Origin: Ostreococcus lucimarinus
Lineage: Eukaryota
Direction: 5' to 3' (one strand)
Length of the DNA: 64,000 bases
Assembly (NCBI GenBank): GCA_000092065.1
Contig: CP000585.1
Part shown: piece by piece, positions 20,828 through 31,063 of the stretch
Layout of the letters: every line of letters begins with the position of its first letter
Numbering within the stretch: the first letter of the stretch is position 1
Program-made: the position numbers and the translations under genes
The notes under the pieces: model-generated
Database searches by the model: none
What the model was told of the DNA's origin: nothing
The model's input: the letters and a program-made list of their open reading frames with translations, nothing else

Positions 20828-21991
20828 TCACGCGTTGGCACGAAGCGTTCGTCTTTCGAACGCTCCAGTGAGCATTCCGCATGCGGCGTTTGTGTCCAAG
20901 CCACGCGTGCGTCGTATGGTATGCGTCACACCGCCCTCTAACTGCGCACAGAATCGATGAATGGCGTTTCCGGATGGCCTTGTGTGATTAATACCATCGA
21001 TGTTATTCCAAGGAATGATGTTGACGTGTGCGCCGGTACCAAACTTCCGTTTTAACATTCGGCTCAGCGCTTTTGCTTGAGATGGGGAATCGTTGACGCC
21101 GGCGAGCAAGGTGTACTCGAACGTCACGCGTCTCCCTGTCTCCTTAAAGTAAGCGCGTGCGTCATTCAATAAGTCCTCCATTGGATAGTACTTCGCGGAT
21201 GGCACTATTTTTGCCCGCGTGTGTTGATCAGGGGCGTGCAAAGAGATTGCAAGCGTGATTGCGAGCTTTTCCTTCGCCAGTTTCTTCAACGAATTCGGGA
21301 TGCCAACGGTTGAAACTGTTATGTGCCGTCCACCAATCCCAACATCTTCGTTCAGGCACCTTATCGCTTGAACCACGGATTTGATATTCAGCATCGGTTC
21401 ACCCATGCCCATAAAGACCACCTGCGAGACGCGTTTACCGTACAGCTCCTCGAGTTCGATCACCTGAGCCGTGATTTCCGCCGGCGTCAAATTTCGCTTG
21501 TATCCTTGCATCCCTGTCGCGCAAAACGTGCACTTCATCGCGCATCCGACTTGACTGCTCACACACGCCGTCAACCGATTCTTATCCCATCCCTGCACGC
21601 TTTTGAACACCTCAGATGCGTTCTCTACCTCCACCTCAGCCTCCGCGCTCGCGCGCCAACAACTCGCGTCTGGAATCCCCACCGCCTCGATCACCTCTCG
21701 CTCGCCCACGCGCAAGGAGACCTTCCCAGTGCCGCACCCACTCACGCTCGCCGACTCCACCGCCAATCTTCCGGTTCGATACCCCCCCGCGACGAGCGCG
21801 TCCCGCATTTCACGCGGTATCAGCGAGAAATCTTCAATCCTTCGACACCGCCGCGCGCCGTACAGGTGTTCGCGAATCTGCGTCGCTCGATACAAAGGTT
21901 GCCCGCACTCGTCGACGACGATCGATTTAAGCGCGCGCGCGGACATTCCGAGCAAATCCTTCGCGACGGCGCGCGCGGTGGCCGCCGCCAT
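20828..21991 (-). CDS. rlmN: Radical-SAM RNA methyltransferase RlmN (bacterial-type; nuclear-encoded organellar)
   Basis: CxxxCxxC radical SAM cluster (VGCAMKCTFCATG), GMGEPMLN, the conserved Cys region, and C-terminal TRRTRGLDTNAACGML. The upstream part of the 680-aa ORF is antisense to the neighbouring gene; ATG (MAAATARAV) at 21991. Confidence 0.85.
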   Translation of the reverse strand: MAAATARAVAKDLLGMSARALKSIVVDECGQPLYRATQIREHLYGARRCRRIEDFSLIPREMRDALVAGGYRTGRLAVESASVSGCGTGKVSLRVGEREVIEAVGIPDASCWRASAEAEVEVENASEVFKSVQGWDKNRLTACVSSQVGCAMKCTFCATGMQGYKRNLTPAEITAQVIELEELYGKRVSQVVFMGMGEPMLNIKSVVQAIRCLNEDVGIGGRHITVSTVGIPNSLKKLAKEKLAITLAISLHAPDQHTRAKIVPSAKYYPMEDLLNDARAYFKETGRRVTFEYTLLAGVNDSPSQAKALSRMLKRKFGTGAHVNIIPWNNIDGINHTRPSGNAIHRFCAQLEGGVTHTIRRTRGLDTNAACGMLTGAFERRTLRANA

Positions 21992-22066
21992 CGCGTCGTG
22001 GAGCGCGCGCGAGTGCGGCGTCGCACTTACTCGCACGCGCGCGACGACGACGCGCGGGCGAGGTCG

Positions 22067-22903
22067 ATGGCGACGACGACGACGGCGACGACGACGAGCA
22101 TGAAAATCACGCCCACGTACGTCTCGCCGTTCGCCGCGAACGACGCCGCGACGACACCTGTACCGGTGACGAAACCGGCGGCGGCGAAACCGGCGGCGAA
22201 ACCGACGACGACGGAAGCGAAAGCGAAGGCGAAACCGACGGAAGCGAAGCCGAAACCGACGGGTGCTAAACCGTCGAACGCGAACGCGAACGCGAACGCG
22301 AACGCGAACGGGACGCGCGCACCGTCGAACGCGGGGATGGGGAAGAAGAAGCGCAAGCGTAAAGACAAGGATGGTCAAGCCGCCGGCGCGGAGGCGAAGA
22401 AGAAGTTGTTCACGAAGAAGGATTGGACGTGTGCGTGTGGATTTCTGAATTATTCGAAAAATAAGCTGGCGTGTCATAAGTGCAAAGCCGCGAGACCGGC
22501 TCGGGTGGGTAGGAACGCGGCGGAGGATTACCTGTCGCGGTGGGCGGTGATGGAGACTACCGAAGTCAATGCCATCCACCATCAATTTTTGCTGAAGCAA
22601 GTCGGGATCGATAACGAGCTCCGGGATGAGTTTTTTGATTTCTTCGTTGAGTATTGCGGTAGTTTGCCGGACAGTCGTCGAAGGAAGATCGTTTCGGGGG
22701 CGAAAAAGGTCCGGGCACGTTTGGACGCGATTTTGCAAGCGTGCGACAATAGAAAAGGCGCCGCGAGCGAGAGCGATGAGGGCGAAGACGAAGACAAGGC
22801 GCCGGTCACGGCGAATGTAGCACAAACAAAAAAACGCGGCAATCGAGGGAAAAAGGGCCGAGGCAAGCAAGCTGCCAAGGCTTCTCCAACGCCCGCAATG
22901 TAG
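22067..22903 (+). CDS. RanBP2-type zinc-finger protein with an (NA)n repeat and a Lys-rich region
   Basis: WTCACGFLNYSKNKLACHKCKAARP fits the ZnF_RBZ pattern W-x-C-x2-C-x3-N-x6-C-x2-C. ATG at 22067, only 75 bp from the divergent RlmN start. Confidence 0.65.
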   Translation: MATTTTATTTSMKITPTYVSPFAANDAATTPVPVTKPAAAKPAAKPTTTEAKAKAKPTEAKPKPTGAKPSNANANANANANGTRAPSNAGMGKKKRKRKDKDGQAAGAEAKKKLFTKKDWTCACGFLNYSKNKLACHKCKAARPARVGRNAAEDYLSRWAVMETTEVNAIHHQFLLKQVGIDNELRDEFFDFFVEYCGSLPDSRRRKIVSGAKKVRARLDAILQACDNRKGAASESDEGEDEDKAPVTANVAQTKKRGNRGKKGRGKQAAKASPTPAM

Positions 22904-22961
22904 TATAGCAGTTGAATTCGAAGTTAATTCAGTTAAATCTAACGCTAACAGTCGCTAAAAA

Positions 22962-24506
22962 CTACCACCCACCGAGATCAATACTTCCTCTCGGTGTCGT
23001 CAAAGGTGATTTCGCGGGTGAGTTCGTCGAGAGGAGGATGACAGCGCGTTGTCGTGCCTTTCGACAGCTCTCCAACAGCTCGCTCATCGGGGTGTTGCCG
23101 AGCACGGGCGTGTGCATGGGCGTCCGAGGAGTGCTCCCTATATCCGGAGTCATCGCCAGCTGCGAAAACGCGTGTGATTCAGGCGTCGCTTGTTTCAAAG
23201 CTTCGTTTTCTCCATGGAGAACGTTCACTAACATTTCCAACTGTGCGATCCTCTCCGTCGCTGCGTCCAACTGTCTCTTAAGCTTGAGCTCAGCTTTGGT
23301 GGATTTTTCAAAGTTAACTGCAACTCTGTTCCGAATGCTTCTGGCCCGATTGGCATACTTGAGCGTGTTTAGCGTCTCGTCCGCGTTCGTGTCGGCTGGT
23401 GATACGCAAGCAAACATCACCGTTCGACTGTTACCTCCGAGCGAATCTTGCAGTAACCTCGTGAGCTTTGAATCTCGGTACGGCACGTGACCCCACTCGC
23501 GCCTATTCGCATCCGTCAACGCAGATATGCAGTTTGAAAGCGCGAGCAACCCCATATTAATCTGTACGCCTTCTTTGAAACGTTGACCTCTACTTTCATT
23601 GAGTGTCACGCGCTCAGAGCCGGCGAGATCCACCAGGTGAAGTTTTGCCAGTGTCGCCTTGGCATCGCCAACTTTTGTCTCGACGTTTATTGTCAATATC
23701 GCGTGTGAGCGACTCGACCGCACATTCATCGTACTCTCCGCCGTTGCTCTGCGAAGAATACCTTCCTCTAGCACGTCTAAACAACCTTGAACATCGCTCA
23801 CTTGTACGATTCGAGCTCCGTTCAAGTACACACCTCCCTCTTTGGGATTTTCCCGAATCGTCACCGCCGTCGCCGTCGCCGTCGCTTCTGGATCCTCACT
23901 ATCGAGCAATAAATCCCGAATTTCGTCCTTATAAATCTCTATGAACGAAGTACACACCTTAACCGTCGTCATCGCCTCGCAGTCGGCGATGCTCGCGAAG
24001 ATCGTGTCAAAAACTCTTCGAGCCATGCCCGCGCCGGCGTTGTCGCCACCCATGCCCATCGTGTGCGTCTTCCCCGAACCCGTCTGTCCGTACGCCATGA
24101 CGCTCCCATTATACCCTTGCAATACCCCACCCACTATTTCTTTTACGTGCGCGTCGTACGTCACCGCCAGCTCGTCTTCGTTTCCTCTCGAGACGCCGTC
24201 GTACGTAAACTGATGCCCGCTCTTCGTCGCCACGCTGTCCTCGGCGATGACCAGAGCCTCGCTCGATCCCAACGCGAGTTCGCGCGCTATGAGCGGTCGA
24301 ACGACAGCGATGACTTTGACGCAATCACTCGTCGCGCTTCGCGTGGACATCGCGCTCGGCGACGACGAACGCTGCGACGCGGCATCGCCAGCCGTCGGTC
24401 GCGACGCGCGTCTCGGCGTCCTCGGCGCGCTCGGCAGAAAGGATTTCGACGGCGATGGGGCACCCACGGACGACGTCGTCGATCGATCTTCGCGCGCGTC
24501 GTCCAT
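22962..24506 (-). CDS. Kinesin-like motor protein (N-terminal motor domain)
   Basis: P-loop GQTGSGKTHTM, switch motifs SSRSH and LVDLAGSE, and neck/coiled-coil after the motor. Confidence 0.85.
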   Translation of the reverse strand: MDDAREDRSTTSSVGAPSPSKSFLPSAPRTPRRASRPTAGDAASQRSSSPSAMSTRSATSDCVKVIAVVRPLIARELALGSSEALVIAEDSVATKSGHQFTYDGVSRGNEDELAVTYDAHVKEIVGGVLQGYNGSVMAYGQTGSGKTHTMGMGGDNAGAGMARRVFDTIFASIADCEAMTTVKVCTSFIEIYKDEIRDLLLDSEDPEATATATAVTIRENPKEGGVYLNGARIVQVSDVQGCLDVLEEGILRRATAESTMNVRSSRSHAILTINVETKVGDAKATLAKLHLVDLAGSERVTLNESRGQRFKEGVQINMGLLALSNCISALTDANRREWGHVPYRDSKLTRLLQDSLGGNSRTVMFACVSPADTNADETLNTLKYANRARSIRNRVAVNFEKSTKAELKLKRQLDAATERIAQLEMLVNVLHGENEALKQATPESHAFSQLAMTPDIGSTPRTPMHTPVLGNTPMSELLESCRKARQRAVILLSTNSPAKSPLTTPRGSIDLGGW

Positions 24507-24735
24507 GACGTCGCCGCGGGGCGTGTCACGACGGCGCAGTGTGCGGCACTCGGACGCGAATTGTTGGATTACGTGTCATTTGTTTGGATTGGCGTTCGCG
24601 CGCGCGTCGAAGCGGTTCAAAGCGTGATTTGGAGATCTATTACCAGTGTCGACACTGAGAACTAAGGAAAACTACCGCGGATCGATGATTGACTAGTGTC
24701 TCCGATGCCCCGCGCGGTGAGGACGAAGTCTTTGG

Positions 24736-25068
24736 CTACTTTTTTGTTTTGTCGGCGTCCGCCTTTGCTCGCCTCGCTTCTTCCTCCGCGCGTTGCTGCG
24801 CGAGCACAGCCTGGGGATCGTGCAACTCGAAATTCCTTCGCGCGTCCTTCAATTTAGCGTTCATCTCCAACAACTCATCCACGCGAGCAAACTTTTTCCG
24901 ATCGTTTCTGATGACGTACAGCAAGTCTTCCGTCTGCATGCGACCGCGTCGTTCCGCCACCTCCATCGCTCGATGCGCGACGTTGGTGAGATAATCCACC
25001 AGCATGTCCTCCATGAGCTCGATCGAATCTGGATCGGGTTCCTTCGCGTCACCGAATCCGTACATCAT
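24736..25068 (-). CDS. TAF13: TFIID subunit TAF13 (histone-fold)
   Basis: MMYGFGDAKEPDPDSIELMEDMLVDYLT...EDLLYVIRNDRKKFARVDELLEMN matches the TAF13 core. Listed start 25155 is GTG; the first ATG is the MMYGFGD Met at 25068, which is also where the conserved TAF13 core begins. Confidence 0.7.
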   Translation of the reverse strand: MMYGFGDAKEPDPDSIELMEDMLVDYLTNVAHRAMEVAERRGRMQTEDLLYVIRNDRKKFARVDELLEMNAKLKDARRNFELHDPQAVLAQQRAEEEARRAKADADKTKK

Positions 25069-25667
25069 GTACGCCACTGTCGCGTCGACGGTCGCCCGCG
25101 CGTCAGTCTCGCGTTCGTTTCGCGCTTCGAGCGTTCGTTCGAGTCCATCGACCACCCCTCGCCGCGCGCTCGCTCGATCGGCCCGTCATCGCTCGCATTC
25201 ACCACGCACAATCTTTCGCGAACGCGCCGCGCTTCCTCGTGAACGCCTCGTCCTCGCCCTCGTGTTCCCGCTCGTCCTCCAGCTCCGCCGGTCCTCGTCC
25301 CGGTCGCGACGACGGAAAGCTCGCGTGCGTCGTCGTCTCCGTCGTTCGCGCGCGTTCGGCGACGTCCGCGGCGTTCGCTTTCGCGACGTGCACGGTCGTC
25401 GGCGCGCGCTCGGGCACGACGATCGGGAACGCGCTCATGATTCGACGCGATTCGACGCGATCGCGCGCGGGCGTCGTCGCGGTGTGCGGGACGCGGTCCG
25501 CGGACGAACGCGGGATTCGACGCACACCGCGACGACGCCGGCGCGCGCGCGAGCGAACGCGAGCGAACGCGAGCGGTCGCGGCGACCCGGCGCGCGGTCG
25601 AGCTCGAGCGAGTCCGACGACGCCGCGCGGCGAGCGAACGAACGCGCGCGCGCGCGGCGGCTCCGCC

Positions 25668-27053
25668 ATGGCGACGACGGGCGAGACGGACGACGGCGCG
25701 ACGGCGCGACGACGAGGGGCGCGGACGATGCGAGTGGGTGATGTGGTGTTGATTGAGATCAACGAAGGCGAGCGAGCGACGTTCGCGACGCTCAAGGAGG
25801 GGAAGAGCGTGGACGTAGGGAAGAGACAAAAAGTACCCGTCGAGGCGCTGTTGGGGGCGCCGTTCGGGTCGCGGTACGAGATCGTGCATAACACCGGCGC
25901 GTGCGTGCGATTGGGCGCGGAGGGGGTGGATGATGATGTCGCGCATGGTTCGGCGCCGGTGGAGGACGAGCGGTCGAATAAGCACGTGTCGAATAAACAC
26001 GAAGGCGCGCAACGGCTCACGGACGCCGACATCGCGGCGTTGAGGAGAGAGTTTACCGGCGAGGAGATGGTGGAAATCATAGCGGCCAATAGCAAGACTT
26101 TCGACGAAAAGACGGCGTTCGCGCAAGAAAAGTATCGAGCGAGAAAGATGAAGAAGCACATGACGAGAATTTTGGTGAGATTTCCGTCGCCGAGGCAAGT
26201 TTGCGAGCAGTACTTTTACAGCAATCCGTACAAGACATCGCACATGCGCTTCGACGCGCTCTCGATGTTGCTCAACGCGGGGAACGTGGGCGCACACGCG
26301 CAAACTTTAGTGTTAGACACGTGTGGTGGCATCGTCCTCGGAGCCGTCACCCACCGCATGGGAGGTATGGGGCGCATTTGCAACGGATTTATAGGCCAAA
26401 ATCCAACCGCGATGGATGTGTTGCTGCAGATGAATTTGGAAGACGCACACTTCGATTGCATGCGACACGCGGCGCTTTCGAAGCTTATCGAGAGGCGAGA
26501 GGGAAGAATGGATGAAGATTCGAAGATGGATGAAGCGAATGGGTCAAAGGATGGCGAAAAACTGTCGACGACGGAGAAACAGGAGCGAAAGCACATGAAA
26601 GTCAAGTACGCCGCCGAAGACGACTTTGCCAACTTTGCCCGCCAGGGCTTCAGCTCACTCATCGTCTCCTCCCTTTCAATCGAGCCAAAATCTACGCTTG
26701 AACAATTGCTACCGCTGTGCGCGTCCTCAGCGTCGTTCGCTATATGGTTCAACGCCGCCCAACCTTTAGCCGAGGCGTTGCATCATCTGAGAAACACGAA
26801 CACTGCGATTAATCTTTCCTTGGTCGAACCATTCATGCGAGCCCAGCAAGTACTGCCTGGGCGGACGCATCCCGTGATGACTACTGATGCTGGCTCAGGC
26901 GGGTGGATTTTGAGCGGCACCTACGTCGGTGTTGGCAATTCAGTACACGAAAACTCCAAGCCAGAGGCAGAGATGGCGGAGACAGCGAAGACGGCGGAGA
27001 CGGCGACGCCAAAAGACGAATCGAACAAAAAGGCAAAATTGGAGGATGAGTGA
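25668..27053 (+). CDS. TRMT6: tRNA (adenine58-N1)-methyltransferase non-catalytic subunit TRM6/GCD10
   Basis: MRVGDVVLIEINEGERATFATLKEGKSVDVGKRQKVPVEALLGAPFGSRYEI N-terminal region and LVLDTCGGIVLGAVTHRMGG core. ATG (MATTGETDD) at 25668 by frame arithmetic. Confidence 0.8.
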   Translation: MATTGETDDGATARRRGARTMRVGDVVLIEINEGERATFATLKEGKSVDVGKRQKVPVEALLGAPFGSRYEIVHNTGACVRLGAEGVDDDVAHGSAPVEDERSNKHVSNKHEGAQRLTDADIAALRREFTGEEMVEIIAANSKTFDEKTAFAQEKYRARKMKKHMTRILVRFPSPRQVCEQYFYSNPYKTSHMRFDALSMLLNAGNVGAHAQTLVLDTCGGIVLGAVTHRMGGMGRICNGFIGQNPTAMDVLLQMNLEDAHFDCMRHAALSKLIERREGRMDEDSKMDEANGSKDGEKLSTTEKQERKHMKVKYAAEDDFANFARQGFSSLIVSSLSIEPKSTLEQLLPLCASSASFAIWFNAAQPLAEALHHLRNTNTAINLSLVEPFMRAQQVLPGRTHPVMTTDAGSGGWILSGTYVGVGNSVHENSKPEAEMAETAKTAETATPKDESNKKAKLEDE

Positions 27054-27162
27054 ATTTTATCGGTTCGGCTAGAATACTACAATAGCGAGAGAATCGCGGG
27101 CGACGTTCTCAAACTACTACTACCGCTATTTAATGCTACCCCTAGATGATAGACGAGTGTCC

Positions 27163-27984
27163 TCAACGCGAGAAGAACATCCAAACGATGAAAAGAATGA
27201 GCACCGTTGCGAACATCCCTCCATACACTAAGATGGCATCCAGTCTCTGTCGCCGATCAATGACTCGCAACAAACTCGATGACACGCCCATTTTGTCGAG
27301 CAAACTGAAGACCTTGCGCTTGACGTTTCGCAAGGTGGCGCTTTGTTCGCTCAAATTGCCAAGCACGCTCGCCCCTTGCTCGAGCAATTCATCCACCATC
27401 GAACCCGACCGCCGAACTGATTTCATCGAGCCAGATTCCGCGTCGTACTCTCCCACGAGCGAACGAAACCCCTCGTCGTCGGTCACTCTGCGCATTAAAT
27501 CTTCGCGCTCCTTTTGTTCGTTTAACCGACGCTCCTCTCGCGACCCAAATCTATGCAACGACATCTCCAGATGATCCGTTTCCTCGATCACGTGTTCAAC
27601 TTTTCTCTGTTTACGTTTCGAGTCGCGCGATATTCCCGTCAGTCGTTATGTTCGCATCGGCGCGCCGTCGTTCGTCGCGAGGGGCACCAAGCGTTTGCGA
27701 CGTCGCCGAGAATTACACCAACGTCTCGTCTCTCATCCACATCACCGTCGCACCTTCCACGTATCGCTCTTCGCGATCGACGCCGTCATCGCCATCGCTC
27801 TCCACTGTCGCTCCATTTCGCTCGTAATCTTCTTCAGCTCTCCCATGCGCGTCCGCATCTCTCTCGCCAATCCATCGTTCACGCCGTGTCCGCGTCCCTC
27901 GTCGCGCTCGAGCTTGGACAATCCCTCGGTGACGTCGAAGCACAGGCGACGGGAGACGGCGTAGAGGTCTTCCAAGCTCGCCAT
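27163..27984 (-). CDS. GOSR2: Golgi Qb-SNARE membrin/GOSR2 (Bos1 family), two exons: complement(join(27163..27606,27754..27984)), 224 aa, C-terminal TM anchor
   Basis: Exon 1 MASLEDLYAVSRRL...SDTWK. Exon 2 RKVEHVIEETDHLEMSLHRFGSREERRLNEQ...LRNVKRKVFSLLDKMGVSSSLLRVIDRRQRLDAILVYGGMFATVLILFIVWMFFSR aligns to the membrin SNARE motif and tail anchor. A stop at 27742 lies inside a 147-nt GTGCGA...CTGAC...TAAACAG intron. Boundaries checked by frame arithmetic; the GTGCGA donor is non-consensus. Confidence 0.7.
27607..27753 (-). other. Spliceosomal intron (147 nt, GT-AG, phase 0) in GOSR2
   Basis: gtgcgacggtgatgtgg...cgactgacgggaat...cgtaaacag on the minus strand. Confidence 0.65.
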
Positions 27985-28235
27985 GCTCGACGGCGTTCGC
28001 GAACGGGCGCGTGTCCACGACGCGCGCTGACGAGTGCGGCTCGGCGCATAAAGTGTCGTTCCCAGCGCGGATAGCGATGCGCGGCGAGGCGCGGCGAGGC
28101 GAGGACGACGGCGCCACACGCCCGCGCGCGCGAGCGACCGCGAGCTCGGACGACGCGGACGAACGCGTGGACGCGGACGAACGCGCGAGGACGTCGACGA
28201 ACGCGCCGAACGCTCGATAAAAGAACGCGAGCGTC

Positions 28236-29792
28236 ATGGTTTTCACCCTGACCGCCGCCCAGCGAGAAGATCTCGTCGCGCGCGTGGATGCGTCGCTGAG
28301 CGCGATTGGATTCCATTGTCACGGAAAGACGGATCAATTAAACGCTCGAGCGAAGGCCGAGGAGATCGAACAGCGCGCGTTCAGCGCCGCGGACGTGTCT
28401 TCGAGCACGACGAGTGGGGACAGACCTCTGATCGAAGTCATGCGCTTGTACGTCAAGAAGGCGGCTGAGCTCATGAAGGAAGTCGTCGAATCTGGAGCGC
28501 AGGAAGGCGACGGCGACGCCGCTGGTGACGTGGAGATGGATGGTGATGAATTCGACGTCGGTAAAACGAGTAAGGATCGGGAATTCTACACCCAACAGCG
28601 CGCGGAACAAGTGTTGGCGCCGTTGTTGAATAAAGGCGCTTCGTACTCCAAGGTTCGACTGAGCACGAAGAGTTTCGGTATCGATGCCGCCAAGGTGGCG
28701 AGCCGAGCTTTTGTGAATTTGGCGTCAACGTTGAAGGAAGTGGACTTAAGCGACACCATCGCGGGGCGTCCCGAAGTCGAAGCATTGAAGGCAATGGAAA
28801 TTTTCAGCGAGGGCTTGCTCGCGGCCAAGTTGACGTCGGTGGATTTGAGCGATAACGCGTTTGGTGAAAAGGGTGTTCGTGCGTGCACGAAGCTTCTTCA
28901 AGGACAAACCGAGTTGACTTCTATCGCGTTTTTGAACAACGGAATCTCTGAACAGGCTGCGCGTGCCATTCTTGAACTGCTTGCGTGCCCAGAAAAGCTC
29001 ACTCGTTTCCATTTAGACAAGAACATGACGGGCAACGAAGGCACCGTGCACATCGCCGCCATCGTCGCGAAAGCGACAGGTATGAAGGATTTCAAGATGG
29101 CGGGTTCTCGTTTCTTCTGCGAGGGCGCGATTATGCTTGCTGAGGCGCTTTCGCACGGGAATTCTCTGGAGAGACTCGACTTGAACGATAACAACGTCAA
29201 CGAGGAGGGCGCAGAAGCGCTCGTCAAAGTGTTGCCAAAGCATCCGAACCTTCAGTTCTTGAACCTCGAAGCGACGGCATTAGGACCGGACATGGGTGGA
29301 ACTCTTCTCATGGCCGTAGCCAAGGGTTGCCCGAAGCTCGAAGTTCTCCACGTTAGCAGTAATGACTTTGAGCGAGAAGGCGCAGAAGCCGTCGCCCACG
29401 CCATCGCAGAGATGAAAAACCTCAAGGTTTTGACAATCGGTGATAACATACTTGGTGACTATGGGTTTACGCAAGTGTGCATGGCTTTGAGTCAATCGAA
29501 CGCGCCTCTCGTGAGACTCGATGCGAGCTGCAACGAACTCCAAAAGTCAGGCGCCATCGCGGCGGCGCAACTCGCGGCGAGCAAGCCAGGATTTGAGCAT
29601 CTCAACCTCGACGGTAACATGATTCCTGAAGACACCGTGGAAGAAATTCGCGCTATTTTGTCGGCGGCCGGTATCGAACACGCACTCGCACCGATGGAAG
29701 ATAACGATCCCGAGGGTGAGGCGGATGATGAAGAAGCGGGCGCCGATATTGGAGATATGCTCTCTACTCTTGCCTCGCGCTGGAAGCTCTAA
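28236..29792 (+). CDS. Ran GTPase-activating protein (RanGAP1-like), RNI-type leucine-rich repeats
   Basis: ATG at 28236. Repeated LxLxDNxxGxxGAxAL LRR units (DLSDNAFGEKGVRACTKLL, LDLNDNNVNEEGAEALVKVL, LHVSSNDFEREGAEAVAHAI) and an acidic C-terminal tail. Confidence 0.8.
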   Translation: MVFTLTAAQREDLVARVDASLSAIGFHCHGKTDQLNARAKAEEIEQRAFSAADVSSSTTSGDRPLIEVMRLYVKKAAELMKEVVESGAQEGDGDAAGDVEMDGDEFDVGKTSKDREFYTQQRAEQVLAPLLNKGASYSKVRLSTKSFGIDAAKVASRAFVNLASTLKEVDLSDTIAGRPEVEALKAMEIFSEGLLAAKLTSVDLSDNAFGEKGVRACTKLLQGQTELTSIAFLNNGISEQAARAILELLACPEKLTRFHLDKNMTGNEGTVHIAAIVAKATGMKDFKMAGSRFFCEGAIMLAEALSHGNSLERLDLNDNNVNEEGAEALVKVLPKHPNLQFLNLEATALGPDMGGTLLMAVAKGCPKLEVLHVSSNDFEREGAEAVAHAIAEMKNLKVLTIGDNILGDYGFTQVCMALSQSNAPLVRLDASCNELQKSGAIAAAQLAASKPGFEHLNLDGNMIPEDTVEEIRAILSAAGIEHALAPMEDNDPEGEADDEEAGADIGDMLSTLASRWKL

Positions 29793-29836
29793 ATTTGTCG
29801 TTGTCATGACATTCATCATCTACTAAAAACTCTAAA

Positions 29837-30892
29837 TCATGCAGCTGTACTCATCGCATCGTCCTCCATGTACTCAATCAGCGCGTCAGGAACCATAAGG
29901 ACAGGAACATGCGCGTATTGAAGAATGTATTGCGCCGTGCTGCCAATGATGTTCCTCGACAGAACTGCTCGTCGTGTTCGGTTGCCGATGACGAGTAAAT
30001 CAATGGCCTTGCTAGACATGCGCTCGTCCACGTGCTCTAAAACTTTTTCTCGTATGTCACCGGTGAAATCGAGTAGTACGCTGTCGAGTTGATTTTCATC
30101 GTCTAAAAACGTCTTGAGCTCCTCGCGAATCTCCTCCAGCTCTGCAGAGACGCGAGCGAGTGTAGAGGCGTTTTCGTCAGCCGCGCAGTGCACGATTTGC
30201 ACGATATCGGTCTTTCGCATTATTTCTCTCATGACGTAGTGTACGAGCGATTTGACGTGCGCGCCGTCGACTGCGATGCATATCGATCGACCGCAGCCGA
30301 ACTCCTTGCCTTCTTCTCGCAACCCGAGATACGCTGATCCTACGGTGTCCTCGCGCAAATCGGAAACGTCTTTGAACAAGCGCGTGCGTATCAACAACAC
30401 AGGATGAGAATCAATTTTCGCCGTGACATCACTGCTTACAGATCCCATCAAGAATCGAGGAATAATGCTCGGCGTGTGATGCCGCGATCCCAACACGAGC
30501 ATGGCGTGTCTCGGGGCGTCGTATCTCATGTAATCGAGAATGCTTTTTGAGATTCCAATGTTGGTTTGCAGCAGAACGACTTCGTGGTGCGGATACTTGT
30601 TCCGACGCAACGAACGCCAAACGTCGTACGGTAAAAAGCGAGACGAATCTTCCAGGCTGATGTACCTATACGACGTGAGCTCGAGTTTCGCGGGGTCTCG
30701 CACTGTTTCGATGTGCAACAGCGTCAAGTTGATGGAGCTTGGATCGAGAAGAAGCCATTTTTCCAGCCATCTCCAGCACGCCTTGTCGTGAATTTGGTAT
30801 CCAAAATCGAACGCAACGACGACTGTCAACCGAGATTCGTCGAAACCTGCCATTTGAGGCAGTTGGTGCACGGTCAGACGGTCGTCGAGCAT
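29837..30892 (-). CDS. Tandem universal stress protein (UspA) domain protein
   Basis: Two Usp-like halves (VVVAFDFG...LVLGSRHHT...GSVSSDVTAKIDSHPVLLI and ICIAVDGAHV...LLVIGNRTRRAVLSRNIIGSTAQYILQYAHVPVLMV). ATG at 30892. Confidence 0.8.
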   Translation of the reverse strand: MLDDRLTVHQLPQMAGFDESRLTVVVAFDFGYQIHDKACWRWLEKWLLLDPSSINLTLLHIETVRDPAKLELTSYRYISLEDSSRFLPYDVWRSLRRNKYPHHEVVLLQTNIGISKSILDYMRYDAPRHAMLVLGSRHHTPSIIPRFLMGSVSSDVTAKIDSHPVLLIRTRLFKDVSDLREDTVGSAYLGLREEGKEFGCGRSICIAVDGAHVKSLVHYVMREIMRKTDIVQIVHCAADENASTLARVSAELEEIREELKTFLDDENQLDSVLLDFTGDIREKVLEHVDERMSSKAIDLLVIGNRTRRAVLSRNIIGSTAQYILQYAHVPVLMVPDALIEYMEDDAMSTAA

Positions 30893-30920
30893 CGCGTTGT
30901 GAAGACGTAAAGCTCGAGCA

Positions 30921-30922
30921 TT

Positions 30923-30962
<40 letters not shown>
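30921..30962. repeat. (CGT)n trinucleotide microsatellite, ~13 units
   Basis: Seen directly in the intergenic region 3' of the Usp gene and the hypothetical gene. Confidence 0.9.
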
Positions 30963-30965
<3 letters not shown>

Positions 30966-31063
30966 GCTTCAACTCAATCCGCCGCCGCTATGATTATAAC
31001 GAAGCTAATACTAACTGCTAGTGTTATTACTTTTTGTATCAGTCGGCCCTTTCAAGAAACGAA

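Noticed and set aside
25065-26303. 412-aa and 320-aa minus-strand ORFs (25065..26303, 25199..26161) antisense to TRM6/GCD10
   Set aside because: Arg/Ala-rich featureless products typical of antisense reading of GC-rich coding DNA. The plus strand encodes a recognisable TRM6.
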